A stretch of 64,000 nt of DNA from the human T2T-CHM13v2.0 reference genome, Homo sapiens. The notes under the pieces are model-generated. The model did not search any database and was not told the DNA's origin. It saw nothing but the letters and a program-made list of their open reading frames with translations. Made by a program: the position numbers and the translations under genes. The stretch is from NCBI RefSeq assembly GCF_009914755.1, contig NC_060933.1, one strand, 5' to 3'. This document shows positions 26,601-42,024 of the stretch, in pieces; position 1 is the first letter of the stretch; each line of letters starts with the position of its first letter.

Positions 26601-29600
26601 TTGATTGTATTCAATTCCCTTACACTCCATTTCATTCAATTCCATTCGGGTTGTTTCCATTCCATTCCATTCCATTCCACTCCATTCCATTGCTCTCGGG
26701 TTGATTCCATTCCATTCCATTCCATTCTATTTCATTTGGTTCCATTCCATTCTATTCGGTACCATTCCATTCCATTCCATTCCATTCCATTCCATTCCAT
26801 TCCATGCCATTCCACTTGGGTTGATTCCCTTCCTTTCCATTCCATTCGGGTTGAATCCATTCCATTCCATTCCATTCCATTCCATTCCTTTCCATTCCAT
26901 TGCACACGGGTTGATTCCATTCCATTCCTTTCTGTTCCATTCCGGATGACTCCATTCCATTGCATTCCATTCCATTCCATTCCCCTGCACTCGGGTTCAT
27001 TACATTCCATTCCATTTACTTCCATTCCATTCCATTCCATTCCATTCCATTCTATTCGGTTTAATTCCATTCCATTCCATTCCATTCCATTCCATTCCAT
27101 TCCATTCCATTCCATTCCATTCCATTGCAATCGAGTTGATTCCATTCCATTCCATTCAATTCCGGATGATTCCATTCCATTGCGTTCAATTCCATTCCAT
27201 TCCCCTGCACTCGGGTTGATTCCATTCCATTCCATTCCATTCCATTCCATTTCGTTCCATTCCATTCTATTCCGTACCATTCCTTTCCACTCCATTCCAT
27301 TCCTTTCCATTCCATTCCATTCCATGCCATTCCACTCGCGTTGATTCCATTCCCTTCCATTCCATTAGAGTTGAATCCATTCCATTCCATTCCATTCGAT
27401 TCCACTCCATTGCACACGGGTTCATTCCATTCCATTCCTTTCTGTTCCATTCCGGATGACTCCATTCCATTGCATTCCATTCCTTTCCATTCCCCTGCAC
27501 TCGGGTTCATTACGTTCCATTCCATTTACTTCCATTCCATTCCATTCCATTCCATTCCATTCTATTCGGGTTAATTCCATTCCATTCCATTCCATTCCAT
27601 TCCATTCCATTCCATTCCATTCCATTGCAATCGAGTTGATTCCATTCCATTCCATTCAATTCCGGATGATTCCATTCCATTGCCTTCAATTCCATTCCAT
27701 TCCCCTGCAGTCGGGTTGATTCCATTCCATTCCATTCCATTCCAATTCATTCCATTCCATTTCGTTCCATTCCATTCTATTCCGTACCATTCCATTCCAT
27801 TCCATTCCATTCCATTCCATTCTATTCGGGTTAATTCCATTCCATTCCATTCCATTCCATTCCATTCCATTCCATTCCATTCCATTCCATTGCAATCGGG
27901 TTGATTCCATTCCATTCCATTCAATTCCGGATGATTCCATTCCATTGCCTTCAATTCCATTCCATTCCCCTGCACTCGGGTTGATTCCATTCCATTCCAT
28001 TCCATTCCATTCCATTCCATTTCATTCCATTCCATTTCTTTCCATTCCATTCTATTCCGTACCATTCCATTCCACTCCATTCCATTCCATTCCATTCCAT
28101 TCCATGCCATTCCACTCGCGTTGATTCCATTCCCTTCCATTCCATTAGAGTTGAATCCATTCCATTCCATTCCATTCCATTCCATTCCATTCCATTGCAC
28201 ACGGGTTCATTCCATTCCATTCCATTCCATTCCCTTCCATTCCATTTCGTTACATTCCATTCTATTCCGTACCATTCCTTTCCATTCCATTCCATTCCAC
28301 TCCATTCCATGCCATTCCACTCGGGTATATTCCATTCCTTTTAATTCCATTCGGGTTGAATCCATTCCATTCCATTCCATTCCATTCCATTCCATTACAT
28401 TGCACTCGGGTTGATTCCATTCCATTCCATTCCATTCCATTTCATTCAATTCCATTCCATTCCATGCCATTCCACTCGTGTTGATTCCATTCCTTTCCAT
28501 TCCATTCGAGTTGAACCCATTCCATTCCATTCCATTCCATTCCATTCCATTCCATTCCGTTCCGTTCCGTTCCGTTCCGTTCCATTCCATTCCATTCCAT
28601 TCTATTCGGGTTAATTCCATTCCATTCAATTCCATTCCATTCCATTCCATTCCATTCCAATCGAGGTGATTCCATTCCATTCCATTCCATTCCATTCCAT
28701 TCCATTCCATTCCAGTCCTTTCCATTCCATTCCACTCGGGTTGATTCCAAAGTATTCCTTTCCATTCCATTCCATTCCATTCCATTCCATTCAATTCCAT
28801 TCCATTGCAATTCGTTCCATTCCATTCTATTCCGTACCATTCCATTCCATTCCATACCATTCCATTCCATTCCATTCCATTCCATTCCATTCCGTTCCAT
28901 TCTGTTCCTTTCCATTCCATTCCATTCTATTCGGATTAATTCCATTCCATTCCATTCCATTCCATTCTATTCCGTTCCATTGCAATCGAGTTGAATCCAT
29001 TGCATTTCATTCCATTCCATTCCATTCCATTCAATTCCGGAAGATTCCATTCCATTGCATTCCATTCCATTCCATTCCCCTGCACTCGCGTTGATTCCAT
29101 TCCATTCCATTCCATTCCATTCCATTCCGTTCCGTTCAATTCCATTCCATTCCATTCCATTCCATTCCATTCCATTCCATTCCATTCCATTCCGTTCCGT
29201 TCCATTCCATTCCATTCCATTCTATTCGGGTTAATTCCATTCCATTCCATTCGATTGTAATCGAGTTGATTCCATTCCATTCCATTCCATTCCATTCCAT
29301 TCCATTCCTTTCCATTCCATTACGGATGATTCCATTCCATTGCATTCCATTCCATTCCATTCCCCTGTACTCGGGTTGATTCCATTCCATTCCATTCCAA
29401 TCCATGCCATTCCACTCGTGTTGATTCCATTCTTTCCATTCCATTCAAGTTGAATCCATTCCATTGCATTCCATTCCATTCGATTCCATTCAATTGCACT
29501 CGGGTTGATTCCATTACATTGCATTCCATTCCATTCCATTCCATTCCATTCCATTCCATTCCATTCCGTTCCGTTCCATTCCATTCCATTACATTTGGAT

Positions 29601-30749
29601 TGATTCTATTCAATTCCCTTACACTCCATTACATTCCATTCCATTCGGGTAGTTTCCATTCCATTCCATTCCATTCCTCTCCATTCCATTGCTCTCGGGT
29701 TGATTCCATTCCATTGCATTCCATTCCATTCCATTCAATTCCATTCCGTTCCATTCCATTCCATTACATTCGGATTGATTCTATTCAACTCCCTTACTCT
29801 CCATTACATTCCGTTCCATTCGGGTTGTTCCATTCCATTCCATTCCATTCCACTCCATTCCACTGCACTCGCGTCCATTCCATTCCATTCCATTCCTTTC
29901 CATTCCATTCCGGAAGATTCCATTCCATTGCATTCCATTCCATTCCATTCCCCTGCACTCGCGTTGATTCCATTCCATTCCATTCTATTCCATTCCATTC
30001 CCTTCCTTTCCGTTCCATTCCATTCCATTCCATTCCATTCCGTTCCGTTCCGTTCCATTCCATTCCTTTCCATTCTATTTGGGTTAATTCCATTCCATTC
30101 CATTCGATTGCAATCGAGTTGATTCTATTCCATTCCATTCCATTCCATTCCATTCCATTCCATTCCTTTCCATTCCATTACGGATGATTCCATTCCATTG
30201 CATTCCATTCCATTCCATTCCCCTGTACTCGGGTTGACTCCATTCCATTCCATTCCAATCCATGCCATTCCACTCGTGTTGATTCCATTCTTTCCATTCC
30301 ATTCAAGTTGAATCCATTCCATTGCATTCCATTCCATTCCATTCCCCTGCAGTCTGGTTGATTCCATTCCATTCCATTCCATTCCATTCCATTCCATTCC
30401 ATTCCATTCCGTTCCGTTCCGTTCCGTTCCGTTCCATTCCATTCCATTCCATTCTATTCGGGTTAATTCCATTCCATTCAATTCCATTCCATTCCATTCC
30501 ATTCCATTCCAATCGAGGTGATTCCATTCCATTCCATTCCATTCCATTCCACTCCATTCCAGTCCTTTCCATTCCATTCCACTCGGGTTGATTCCAAAGT
30601 ATTCCTTTCCATTCCATTCCATTCCATTCCATTCCATTCCATTCCATTCCGGATGATTCCATTCCACTGCATTCCATTCCATTAAATTCCCCTGCACTTG
30701 GGGTGATTCCTTTCCATTCTATTCCATTCCATTCCATTCCATTCCATTC

Positions 30750-32720
30750 CATTACATTCCATTTCATTGCAATCGAGTTGATTCCATTGCATTCCATTCC
30801 ATTCCATTCCAGTCCTTTCCATTCCATTCCACTCGGGTTGATTCCATTCTATTCCTTTCCATTCCATTCGATTCCATTCCATTCCACTCTGGTTGATACC
30901 ATTCCTTTTCATTCCACTCGAAAACATTCTCTTCTATTCCACTCGGAATGATTCCATTCCATTCCATTCCATTCCATTCCATTCCATTCCGTTTCGTTCC
31001 ATTACATTCTATTCCGTACCATTCCACTCCATTCCATTCCATTCCATTCCATGCCATTCCTCTCGGGTTGATTCCATTCCTTTCCATTCCATTCGGGTTG
31101 AATCCATTCCATTCCATTCCTTTCCATTCCATTCCATTCCATTGCACTCGGGTTGATTCCATTCCATTCCATTCCGTTCCATTCCGGATGACTCCATTCC
31201 ATTGCATTCCATTCCATTCCATTCCCCTGCACTCGGTTTCATTACATTCCATTCCATTCACTTCCATTCCATTCCATTCCATTCCATTCCATTCCATTCC
31301 ATTCCATTTCAATCGAGTTGATTCCATTCCATTCCATTCAATTCCGAATGATTTCATTCCATTGCCTTCCATTCCATTCCATTCCCCTGCACTCGGGTTG
31401 ACTTCATTCCATTCCATTCCATTCCATTCCATTCCATTCCATTCCATTCCATTCCATTTCGTTCCATTCCATTCTATTCCGTACCATTCCATTCCATTCC
31501 ATTCCATTCCATTCCATTCCATTTCCTTCCATTCCATTCCATTCCATTCCATTCCATTCCATTTCCTTCCATTCCATTCCATTCCATTCCATTCCATTCC
31601 ATTCCATTCTATTAGGGTTAATTCCATTCCATTCCATTCCATTCCATTCCATTCCATTCCATTCCATGCCATTCCACTCGGGTTGATTCCATTCCTTTCC
31701 ATTCCATTCGAGTTGAACCAATTCGATTCCATTCTATTCCATTCCATTCCTTTCCATTCCATTCAATTCCATTCTATTCCGGTTAATTCCATTCCATTCC
31801 ATTCCATTCCATTCCATTCCATTTCATTGCAATCGAGTTGATTCCATTGCTTTCCATTCCATTCCATTCCAGTCCTTTCCATTCCATTCCACTCGGGTTG
31901 ATTCCATTCTATTCCTTTCCATTCCATTCGATTGCATTCCATTCCACTCGATTCCATTCCATTCCACTCTGGTTGATTCCATTCCTTTTCATTCCACTCG
32001 AAAACATTCCCTTCTATTCCACTCGGAATGATTCCATTCCATTCCATTCCATTCCATTCCATTTCGTTCCATTACATTCTATTCTGTACCATTCCACTCC
32101 ATTCCATTCCATTCCATTCCATGCCATTCCTCTCGGGTTGATTCCATTCCTTTCCATTCCATTCGGGTTGAGTCCATTCCATTCCATTCCTTTCCATTCC
32201 ATTCCATTCCATTGCACTCGGGTTGATTCCATTCCATTCCATTCCGTTCCATTCCGGATGACTCCATTCCATTGCATTCCATTCCATTCCATTCCCCTGC
32301 ACTCGGTTTCATTACATTCCATTCCATTCACTTCCATTCCATTCCATTCCATTCCATTCCATTCCATTCCATTTCAATCGAGTTGATTCCATTCCATTCC
32401 ATTCCATTCCATTCAATTCCGAATGATGTCATTCCATTGCCTTCCATTCCATTCCATTCCCCTGCACTCGGGTTGATTCCATTCCATTCCATTCCATTCT
32501 ATTCCATTCCATTTCGTTCCATTCCATTCTATTCCGTACCATTCCATTCCATTCCATTCCATTCCATTCCATTCCATTCCATTCCATTTCCTTCCATTCC
32601 ATTCCATTCCATTCAATTCCATTCCATTCCATTCCATTCTATTAGGGTTAATTCCATTCCATTCCATTCCATTCCATTCCATTCCATGCCATTCCACTCG
32701 GGTTGATTCCATTCCTTTCC
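30750..32720 (-). repeat. ~1070 bp tandem duplication; third copy at ~21950-22930
   Basis: Matching ORFs at 31002/32072/22276 and 31009/32079/22283. Private motifs CTCGAAAACATTC, CTCGGTTTCATTAC and TTCCGAATGAT. Confidence 0.85.
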
Positions 32721-35700
32721 ATTCCATTCGAGTTGAATCCATTCCATTCCATTCCATTCCATTCCATTCCATTCCATTGCACACGGGTTCATTTCATTCC
32801 ATTCCATTCCATTCCATTTCGTTCCATTCCATTCTATTCCATACCATTGCATTCCATTCCATTCCATTAGACTCCATTCCATGCCATTCCACTCGGTTTT
32901 ATTCCATTCGTTTCCATTCCATTCGGGTTGAATCCATTGCATTCCATTCCATTCGATTCCATTACATTGCACTCGTGTTGTTTCCATTCCATTCCATTCC
33001 ATTCCATTCCATTCCATTCCATTCCATGCCATTCCACTCGGTTTGATTTCATTCCATTCCGTTCCATTCGAGTCGAACCCATTCCATTCCATTCCATTCC
33101 ATTCCATTCCAATCCATTGCACACGGGTTCATTCCATTCCATTCCATTCCATTCCATTCCATTTCGTTCCATTCCATTCTATTCGGTACCATTCCATTCT
33201 ATTCCATTCGGTACCATTCCATTCCATTCCATTCCTATCCATTCCATTCCATGCCATTCCACTTGGGTTGATTCCCTTCCTTTCCATTCCATTCGGGTTG
33301 AATCCATTCCATTCCATTCCATTCCATTCCATTCCATTCGGGTTGAATCCATTCCATTCCATTCCATTCCATTCCATTCCATTCCTTTCAATTCCATTGC
33401 ACACGGGTTGGTTCCATTCCATTCCTTTCCGTTCCATTCCGGATGACTCCATTCCATTGCATTCCATTCCATTCCATTCCCCTGCACTCGGGTTCATTAC
33501 CTTCCATTCCATTTACTTCCATTCCATTCCATTCCATTCTATTCGGGTTAATTCCATTCCATTCCATTCCATTCCATTCCATTCCATTCCATTCCATTGC
33601 AATCGAGTTGATTCCATTCCATTCCATTCAATTCCGGATGATTCCATTCCATTGCCTTCAATTCCATTCCATTCCCCTGCACTCGGGTTGATTCCATTCC
33701 ATTCCATTCCATTCCATTCCATTCCATTCCATTTCTTTCCATTCCATTTCGTTCCTTTCCATTCTATTCCGTACCATTCCATTCCATTCCATTCCATTCC
33801 ATTCCATTCCATTCCATTCCATTCCATGCCATTCCACTCGGGTTGATTCCATTCCTTTCCATTCCATTCGAGTTGAATCCATTCCAATCCATTCCATTCC
33901 ATTCGATTCCATTCCATTGCACACGGGTTCATTCCATTCCATTCCATTCCATTCCATTCCATTCCATGTCGTTCCATTCCATTCTATTCCGTACCATTCC
34001 ATTCTATTCCATTCCATTCTATTCCGTACCATTCCATTCTATTCCATTCCATTCCATTCCACTCCACTCCATGCCATTCCACTCGGGTTTAGTCCATTCC
34101 TTTCCATTCCAATCGGGTTGAATCCATTCCATTCCATTCCATTCCATTCGATTCCATTACATTGCACTCGGGTTGATTCCATTCCATTCCATTCCATTCC
34201 ATTCCACTCCATTCCATGCCATTCCACGCGGGTTTATTCCATTCCTTTCCATTCCATTCGTGTTGAATCCATTCCATTCCATTCCATTCCATTCGATTCC
34301 ATTACACTGCACTCAGGTTGATTCCATTCCATTCCATTCCATTCCATTTCATTCCATTCCATTCCATTCCATTCCATTCCATTCCATGCCATTCCACTCG
34401 TGTTGATTCCATTCCTTTGCATTCCATTAGTGTTGAACCCATTCCATTCCATTCCATTCCATTGCACACGGGTTCATTCCATTCCATTCCATTCCATTCC
34501 ATTCCATTGCATTCCGTTCCATTCCATTCCATTCCATTCCATTCCATTTCGTTCCATTCCATTCTATTCTGTACCATTCCATTCCATTCCATTCCACTCC
34601 ATTACATGCCATTCCACTCGGGTTTATTCCATTCCTTTTCATTCTATTTGGGTTGAATCCATTCCATTCCATTCCATTCCTTTCGATTCCATTATATTGC
34701 ACACGGGTTGATTCCATTCCATTCCATTCCGTTCCATTCAGGATGACTCCATTCCATTGCATTCCATTCCATTCCATTCCCCTGCACTCGGGTTCATTAC
34801 ATTCCATTCCATTCCCATCCACTCCATTCCATTCCATTCCATTCCATTTCAATCGAGTTGATTCCATTCCATTCCATTCCATTCCATTCAATTCCGGATG
34901 ATTCCATTCCATTGCCTTCCATTCCACTCCATTCCCCTGCACTCGGGTTGATTCCATTCCATTCCATTCCATTCCATTCCATTCCATTCCATTCCATTTC
35001 GTTCCATTCCAGTCTATTCCGTACCATTCCATTCCATTCCTTTCCATTCCAATCCATGCTATTCCACTCGGGTTGATTCCATTCCTTTCCATTCCATTCG
35101 AGTTGAATCCATTCCATTCCATTCCATTCCATTCCATTCCATTCCATTCCATTCCATTCAATTCCATTGCACACGGGTTCATTCTATTCCATTCCATTCC
35201 ATTCCATTTAGTTCCATTCCATTCTATTCCATACCATTCCATTCCATTCCATTCCATTCCACTCCATTCCATGCTATTCCTCTCGGGTTTATTCCATTCC
35301 TTTCCATTCCATTCGGATTGAATCCTTTCCTATCCATTCAATTCCATTCCACTCGATTCCATTACATTGCACTCGTGTTGTTTCCATTCCATTCCATTCC
35401 ATTCCATTTCATTCTATTCCATTCCTTTCCATTCCATTCCATTCCATTCCATGCCATTCCACTCGGGTTGATTCCATTCCTTTCCATTCCATTCGAGTTG
35501 AAACCATTCCATTCCATTCCATTCCATTCCATTCCATTCCATTCCATTCCAATCCATTGCACACGGGTTCATTCCATTCCATTCCATTCCATTCCATTCC
35601 ATTCCATTTCGTTCCATTCCATTCTATTCTGTACCATTCCATTCCATTCCATTCCATTCCTTTCCATTCCATTCGGGTTGAATCCATTCCTTTCCATTCC

Positions 35701-38700
35701 ATTCCGTTCAATTCCATTCCATTGAACTCGCGTTGATTCCATTCCATTCCATGCCATTCCATTTCATTCCGTTCCATTCCATTCCATTACATTCGGATTG
35801 ATTCTTTTCAATTCCCTTACACTCCATTACATTCCATTCCATTCGGGTAGTTTCCGTTCCATTCCATTCCATTCCACTCCATTGCATTGCACTCGGGTTG
35901 ATTGATTCCATTCCATTGCATTCCATTCCATTCCATTCCATTCCGGATGAATCCATTCCATTGCATTCCCTTCCATTCCATTCCCCTGCACTCGGGTTGA
36001 TTCCATTCCATTCCATTCCATTCCATTCCGTTCCATTCCATTCCATTCCATTCCATTCTGTTCAGGTTAATTCCATTCCATTCCATTCCATTCCATTCCA
36101 TTCCATTCCATTGCAATCGAGTTGTTTCCATTGCATTCCATTCCATTCCATTCCATTGCATTCCATTGCATTCCATTCCCCTGCACTCAGGTTGATTCCA
36201 TTCCATTCCATTCAATTCCATTCCATTCCATTCCATTCCGGATGATTCCATTCCATTGCCTTCCATTCCACTCCATTCCCCTGCACTCGGTTTGATTCCA
36301 TTCCATTCCATTCCATTCCATTCCATTCCATTCCATTCCATTTCGTTCCATTCCACTCTATTCCGTACCATTCCATTCCATTCCTTTCCATTCCAATCCA
36401 TGCTCTTCCACTCGGGTTGATTCCATTCCTTTCCATTCCATTCGAGTTGAATCCATTCCATTCCTTTCCGTTCCATTCCATTCCATTCCATTCCATTTAG
36501 TTCCATTCCATTCTATTCCGTACCATTCCATTCCATTCCATTCCATTCCATTCCATTCCATTCCGTTCCATTCCATTCCATGCCATTCCACTCGGGTTGA
36601 TTCCATTGCTTTCCATTCCATTTGGGTTGAATCCATTCCATTCCATTCCATTCCATTCCATTCCATTCCATTCCATTCCATTGCACTAGGTTTGATTCCA
36701 TTCCACTGCATTCCATTCCATTCCATTCCATTCCGTTCCATTCCATTCCATTACATTCGGATTGATTGTATTCAATTCCCTTACACTCCATTTCATTCCA
36801 TTCCATTCGGGTTGTTTCCATACCATTCCATTCCATTCTATTCCATTTCGTTCCATTCCATTCTGTTCGGTACCATTCCATTCCATTCCATTCCATTCCA
36901 TTCCATTCCATGCCATTCCACTTGGGTTGATTCCCTTCCTTTCCATTCCATTCGGGTTGAATCCATTCCATTCCATTCCATTCCATTCCATTCCATTCCT
37001 TTCCATTCCATTGCACACGGGTTGATTCCATTCCATTCCTTTCTGTTCCATTCCGGATGACTCCATTCCATTGCATTCCATTCCATTCCATTCCCCTGCC
37101 CTCGGGTTCATTACATTCCATTCCATTTACTTCCATTCCATTCCATTCCATTCAAATTCCATTCTATTCGGGTTAATTCCATTCCATTCCATTCCATTCC
37201 CTTCCATTCCATTCCATTCCATTCCATTGCATTCCATTGCATTCCATTGCAATCGAGTTGATTCCATTCCATTCCATTCAATTCCGGATGATTCCATTCC
37301 ATTGCCTTCAATTCCATTCCATTCCCCTGCACTCGGGTTGTTTCCATTCCATTCCATTCCATTCCATTCCATTTCATTCCATTCCATTTCTTTCCATTCC
37401 ATTCTTTTCCGTTCCATTCCATTCCATTACATTCCATTCCATTCCATTCCTTTCCATTCTATTCGGGTTAATTCCATTCCATTCCATTCCATTCCATTCC
37501 ATTCCGTTCCATTCAATTCCATTACATTCGGATTGATTTTTTTAATTCCCTTACACTCCATTACATTCTATTCCATTCGGGTAGTTTCCATACCATTCCA
37601 TTCCATTCCACTGCATTCTATTGCACTCGGGTTGATTGATTCCATTCCATTGCATTCCATTCCATTCCATTCCATTCGGGATGATTCCATTCCATTGCAT
37701 TCCATTGCATTCCATTCCCCTGTACTCGGGTTGATCCCATTCCATTGCATTCCATTCCATTCCATTCCATTCCATTCCATTCCGTTCCGTTCCATTCCAT
37801 TCCCTTCCATTCTCTTCAGGTTAATTCCATTCCATTCCATTCCCTTCCATTCCATTCCATTCCATTCCATCCCATTCCACTCGGGTTGATTCCATTCCTT
37901 TCCATTCCATTCGAGTTGAACCCATTCCCTTCCATTCCATTCCATTCCATTCCATGCCATTCCACTCGGGTTGATTCCATTCCTTTCCATTCCATTCGGG
38001 TTGTAAGCATTCCATTCCATTCCATACCATTCCTTTCGATTCCATTCCATTTCACTCGGGTTGATCCCATTCCATTGCATTCCATTCCATTCCATTGCAT
38101 TCCATTCTGTTCCATTCCATTCCATTACATTCGTATTGATTCTATTCAATTCCCTTACTCTCCATTACATTCCATTCCTTTCGGGTTGTTTCCATTCCAT
38201 TCCATTCCATTCCATTCCACTCCATTCCATTTCAATCGGGTGATTCCATTCCATTCCATTGCATTCCATTCCATTCCATTCCATTCCGTATGATTCCATT
38301 CCATTGCATTCCATTCCATTCCATTCCCTTGCACTCGGGTGGATTCCATTCTATTCCATTCCATTCCATTCCATTCCATTCCATTCCATTCTATACGGGT
38401 TAATTTCATTCCATTCCATTCCATTCCCTTCCATTGCATTCCATTCCATTCCATTCCATTCCATTGAAATCGAGTTGATTCCATTCCATTCCATTCCATT
38501 CCATTCCATTCCATTCCATTCCATTCCATTCTATTCGGGTTAATTCCATTCCATTCCATTCCATTCCATTCCATTCCCTTCCATTCCATTCTATTCCATT
38601 CCATTCCATTCCATTCCATTCTATTAGGGTTAATTCCATTCCATTCCATTCCATTCCATTCCATCCCATTCCATTCCATTCCATTGCAATCGAGTTGATT

Positions 38701-39840
38701 CCATTCCATTCCATTCCATTCCATTCCATTCCATTCAATTCCATTGAACTCGGGTTAATTCCATTCCATTCCATTCCATTCCATTCCATTCCATTCCATT
38801 CTATTCCATTCCATTCCATTCTATTCCATTCCATTCCATTCCATTCCATTCTATTAGGGTTAATTCCATTCCATTCCATTCCATTCCATTCCATCCCATT
38901 CCATTCCATTCCATTGCAATCGAGTTGATTCCATTCCATTCCATTCCATTCCATTCCATTCAATTCCATTGAACTCGGGTTGATTCCATTCCATTCCATG
39001 CCATTCCATTTCATTCCATTCCATTCCATTCCATTCCATTCCATTCCATTCCTTTCCGTTCCATTCCATTACATTCGGATTGATTATATTCAATTCCCTT
39101 ACACTCCATTACATTCTATTCCATTCGTATTGTTTCCATTCTATTCCATTCCATTCCACTCCATTCCATTGCACTCTGGTTGATTCCATTCCATTCCCTT
39201 CCATTCCGTATGACTCCATTCCATTTCATTCCATTCCATTGCATTCCCCTGCACTGGAGTTGATTATATTCCATTCCATTCCCTTCCTTTCCGTTCCATT
39301 CCATTCTATTCGGGTTAATTCCATTCCATTCCATTACATTCCATTCCCTTCCATTCCATTCCATTCCATTCCATTCCATTCCATTCCATTCGATTCTATC
39401 CGGGTTAATTCCATTCCATTCCATTCCATTCCATTCCATTCCATTGCAATCGAGTTGATTCCATTCCATTCCATTCCATTCCATTCCATTCCATTCCATT
39501 CCATTCCATTCCGGATGATTCCATTCCATTGCCTTCCATTCCATTCCATTACCATGCACTCGGGTTGTTTCCATTCCATTCCATTCCATTCCATTCCATT
39601 CCATTTCGTTCCATTCGATTCTATTCCGTACCATTCCATTCCATTCCATTCCATGCCATTCCATTCCATTCCATTCCATTCCATTCCATTCCATTCCATT
39701 CCATTCCATTGCTATCGAGTTGATTCCATTCCATTCCATTCAATTTCATATGATTTCATTCCATTGCCTTCAATTCCATTCCATTCCCCTGCACTCGGGT
39801 TGATTCCATTCCATTCCATTCCATTCCATTCCATTCCATT

Positions 39841-39960
39841 TCATTCCATTCCATTTCGTTCCATTCCATTCTATTCCGTTCCATTCCATTCCATTCCATT
39901 TCATTCCATTCCATTTCGTTCCATTCCATTCTATTCCGTTCCATTCCATTCCATTCCATT
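39841..39960. repeat. Perfect 60-bp tandem duplication
   Basis: 39841-39900 and 39901-39960 are identical, including the variants TTTCATT, TTTCGTT and CTATTCCGTT. Confidence 0.85.
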
Positions 39961-41850
39961 CCATTCCATTCCATTCCATTCCTTTCCATTCTATTCGGGT
40001 TAATTCCATTCCATTCCATTCCATTCCATTCCATTCCATTCCGTTCCATTCAATTCCATTACATTCGGATTGATTCTTTTTAATTCCCTTACACTCCATT
40101 ACATTCTATTCCATTCGGGTAGTTTCCATACCATTCCATTCCATTCCACTGTATTCTATTGCACTCGGGTTGATTGATTCCATTCCATTGCATTCCATTC
40201 CATTCCATTCCGGATGATTCCATTTCATTGCATTCCATTGCATTCCATTCCCCTGTACTCGGGTTGATCCCATTCCATTGCATTCCATTCCATTCCATTC
40301 CATTCCATTCCATTCCGTTCCGTTCCATTCCATTCCCTTCCATTCTGTTCAGGTTAATTCCATTCCATTCCATTCCCTTCCATTCCATTCCATTCCATTC
40401 CATTCCATTCCATGCCATTCCACTCGGGTTGATTCCATTCCTTTCCATTCCATTCGAGTTGAGCCCATTCCATTCCATTCCATTCCATTCCATTCCATTC
40501 CACTCGGGTTGATTCCATTCCTTTCCATTCCATTCGGGTTGAAACCATTCCATTCCATTCACTCGGGTTGATCCCATTCCATTGCATTCCATTCCATTCC
40601 ATTGCAGTCCATTCCGTTCCAGTCCATTCCATTACATTCGTATTGATTCTATTCAATTCCCTTACTCTCCATTACATTCCATTCCATTCGGGTTGTTTCC
40701 ATTCCATTCCATTCCATTCCACTCCATTCCATTGCAATCGGGTTGATTCCATTCCATTCCATTGCATTCCATTCCATTCCATTCCATTCCGTATGATTCC
40801 ATTCCATTGCATTCCATTCCATTCCATTCCCCTGCACTCGGGTGGATTCCATTCTATTCCATTCCATTCCATTCCATTCCACTCCATTCCATTCCATTCT
40901 ATTCGGGTTAATTTCATTCCATTCCATTCCATTCCCTTCCATTGCATTCCATTCCATTCCATTCCATTCCATTGAAATCGAGTTGATTCCATTCCATTCC
41001 ATTCCATTCCATTCCATTCCATTCCATTCGGGTTAATTCCATTCCATTCCATTCCATTCCATTCCCTTCCATTCCATTCAATTCCATTGAACTCGGGTTG
41101 ATTCCATTCCTTTCCATGCCATTCCATTTCATTCCATTCCATTCCATTCCATTCCTTTCCGTTCTATTCAATTACATTCGGATTGATTCTATTCAATTCC
41201 CTTACAATCCAATACATTCTATTCCATTCGTGTTGTTTCCTTTCTATTCCATTCCATTCCACTTCATTCCATTGCACTCTGGTTGATTCCATTCCATTCC
41301 CTTCCATTCCGTATGACTCCATTCCATTTCATTCCATTGCATTGCTTTCCCCTGCACTCGAGTTGATTACATTCCATTCCATTCCCTTCCTTTCCGTTCC
41401 ATTCCATTCTATTCGGGTTAATTCCATTCCATTCCATTACATTCCATTCCCTTCCATTCCATTCCATTCCATTCCATTCCATTCCATTCCATTCTATTCG
41501 GGTTAATTCCATTCCATTCCATTCCATTCCATTCCATTCCATTCCATTGCAATCGAGTTGATTCCATTCCATTCCATTCCATTCCATTCCATTCCGTTCC
41601 ATTCCATTCCATTACATTCGGATTGATTCTTTTTAATTCCCTTACACTCCATTCCATTCCATTCCATTCGGGTACTTTCCATTCCATTCCATTCCATTCC
41701 ACTGCATTCTATTGCACTCGGGTTCATTGATTCCATTCCATTGCATTCCATTCCATTCCATTCCCCTGCACTCGGGTTGATCCCATTCCATTGCATTCCA
41801 TTCCATTCCATTCCATTCCATTCCATTCCGTTCCATTCCATTCCATTCCA

Positions 41851-42024
41851 TTCTGTTCAGGTTAATTCCATTCCATTCCATTCCCTTCCATTCCGTTCCA
41901 TTCCATTCCATTCCATTCTGTTCAGGTTAATTCCATTCCATTCCATTCCCTTCCATTCCGTTCCATTCCATTCCATTCCATTCTGTTCAGGTTAATTCCA
42001 TTCCATTCCATTCCCTTCCATTCC
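41851..42024. repeat. 65-bp tandem repeat, ~2.7 copies
   Basis: TTCTGTTCAGGTTAATTCC... starts at 41851, 41916 and 41981. The first two copies are identical. Confidence 0.85.

Noticed and set aside
37537-37543. T7 run as a terminator or poly(A) remnant of a retroelement
   Set aside because: It is a variant of the landmark GATTCTTTTTAATT lacking the C. There is no adjacent element or target-site duplication.
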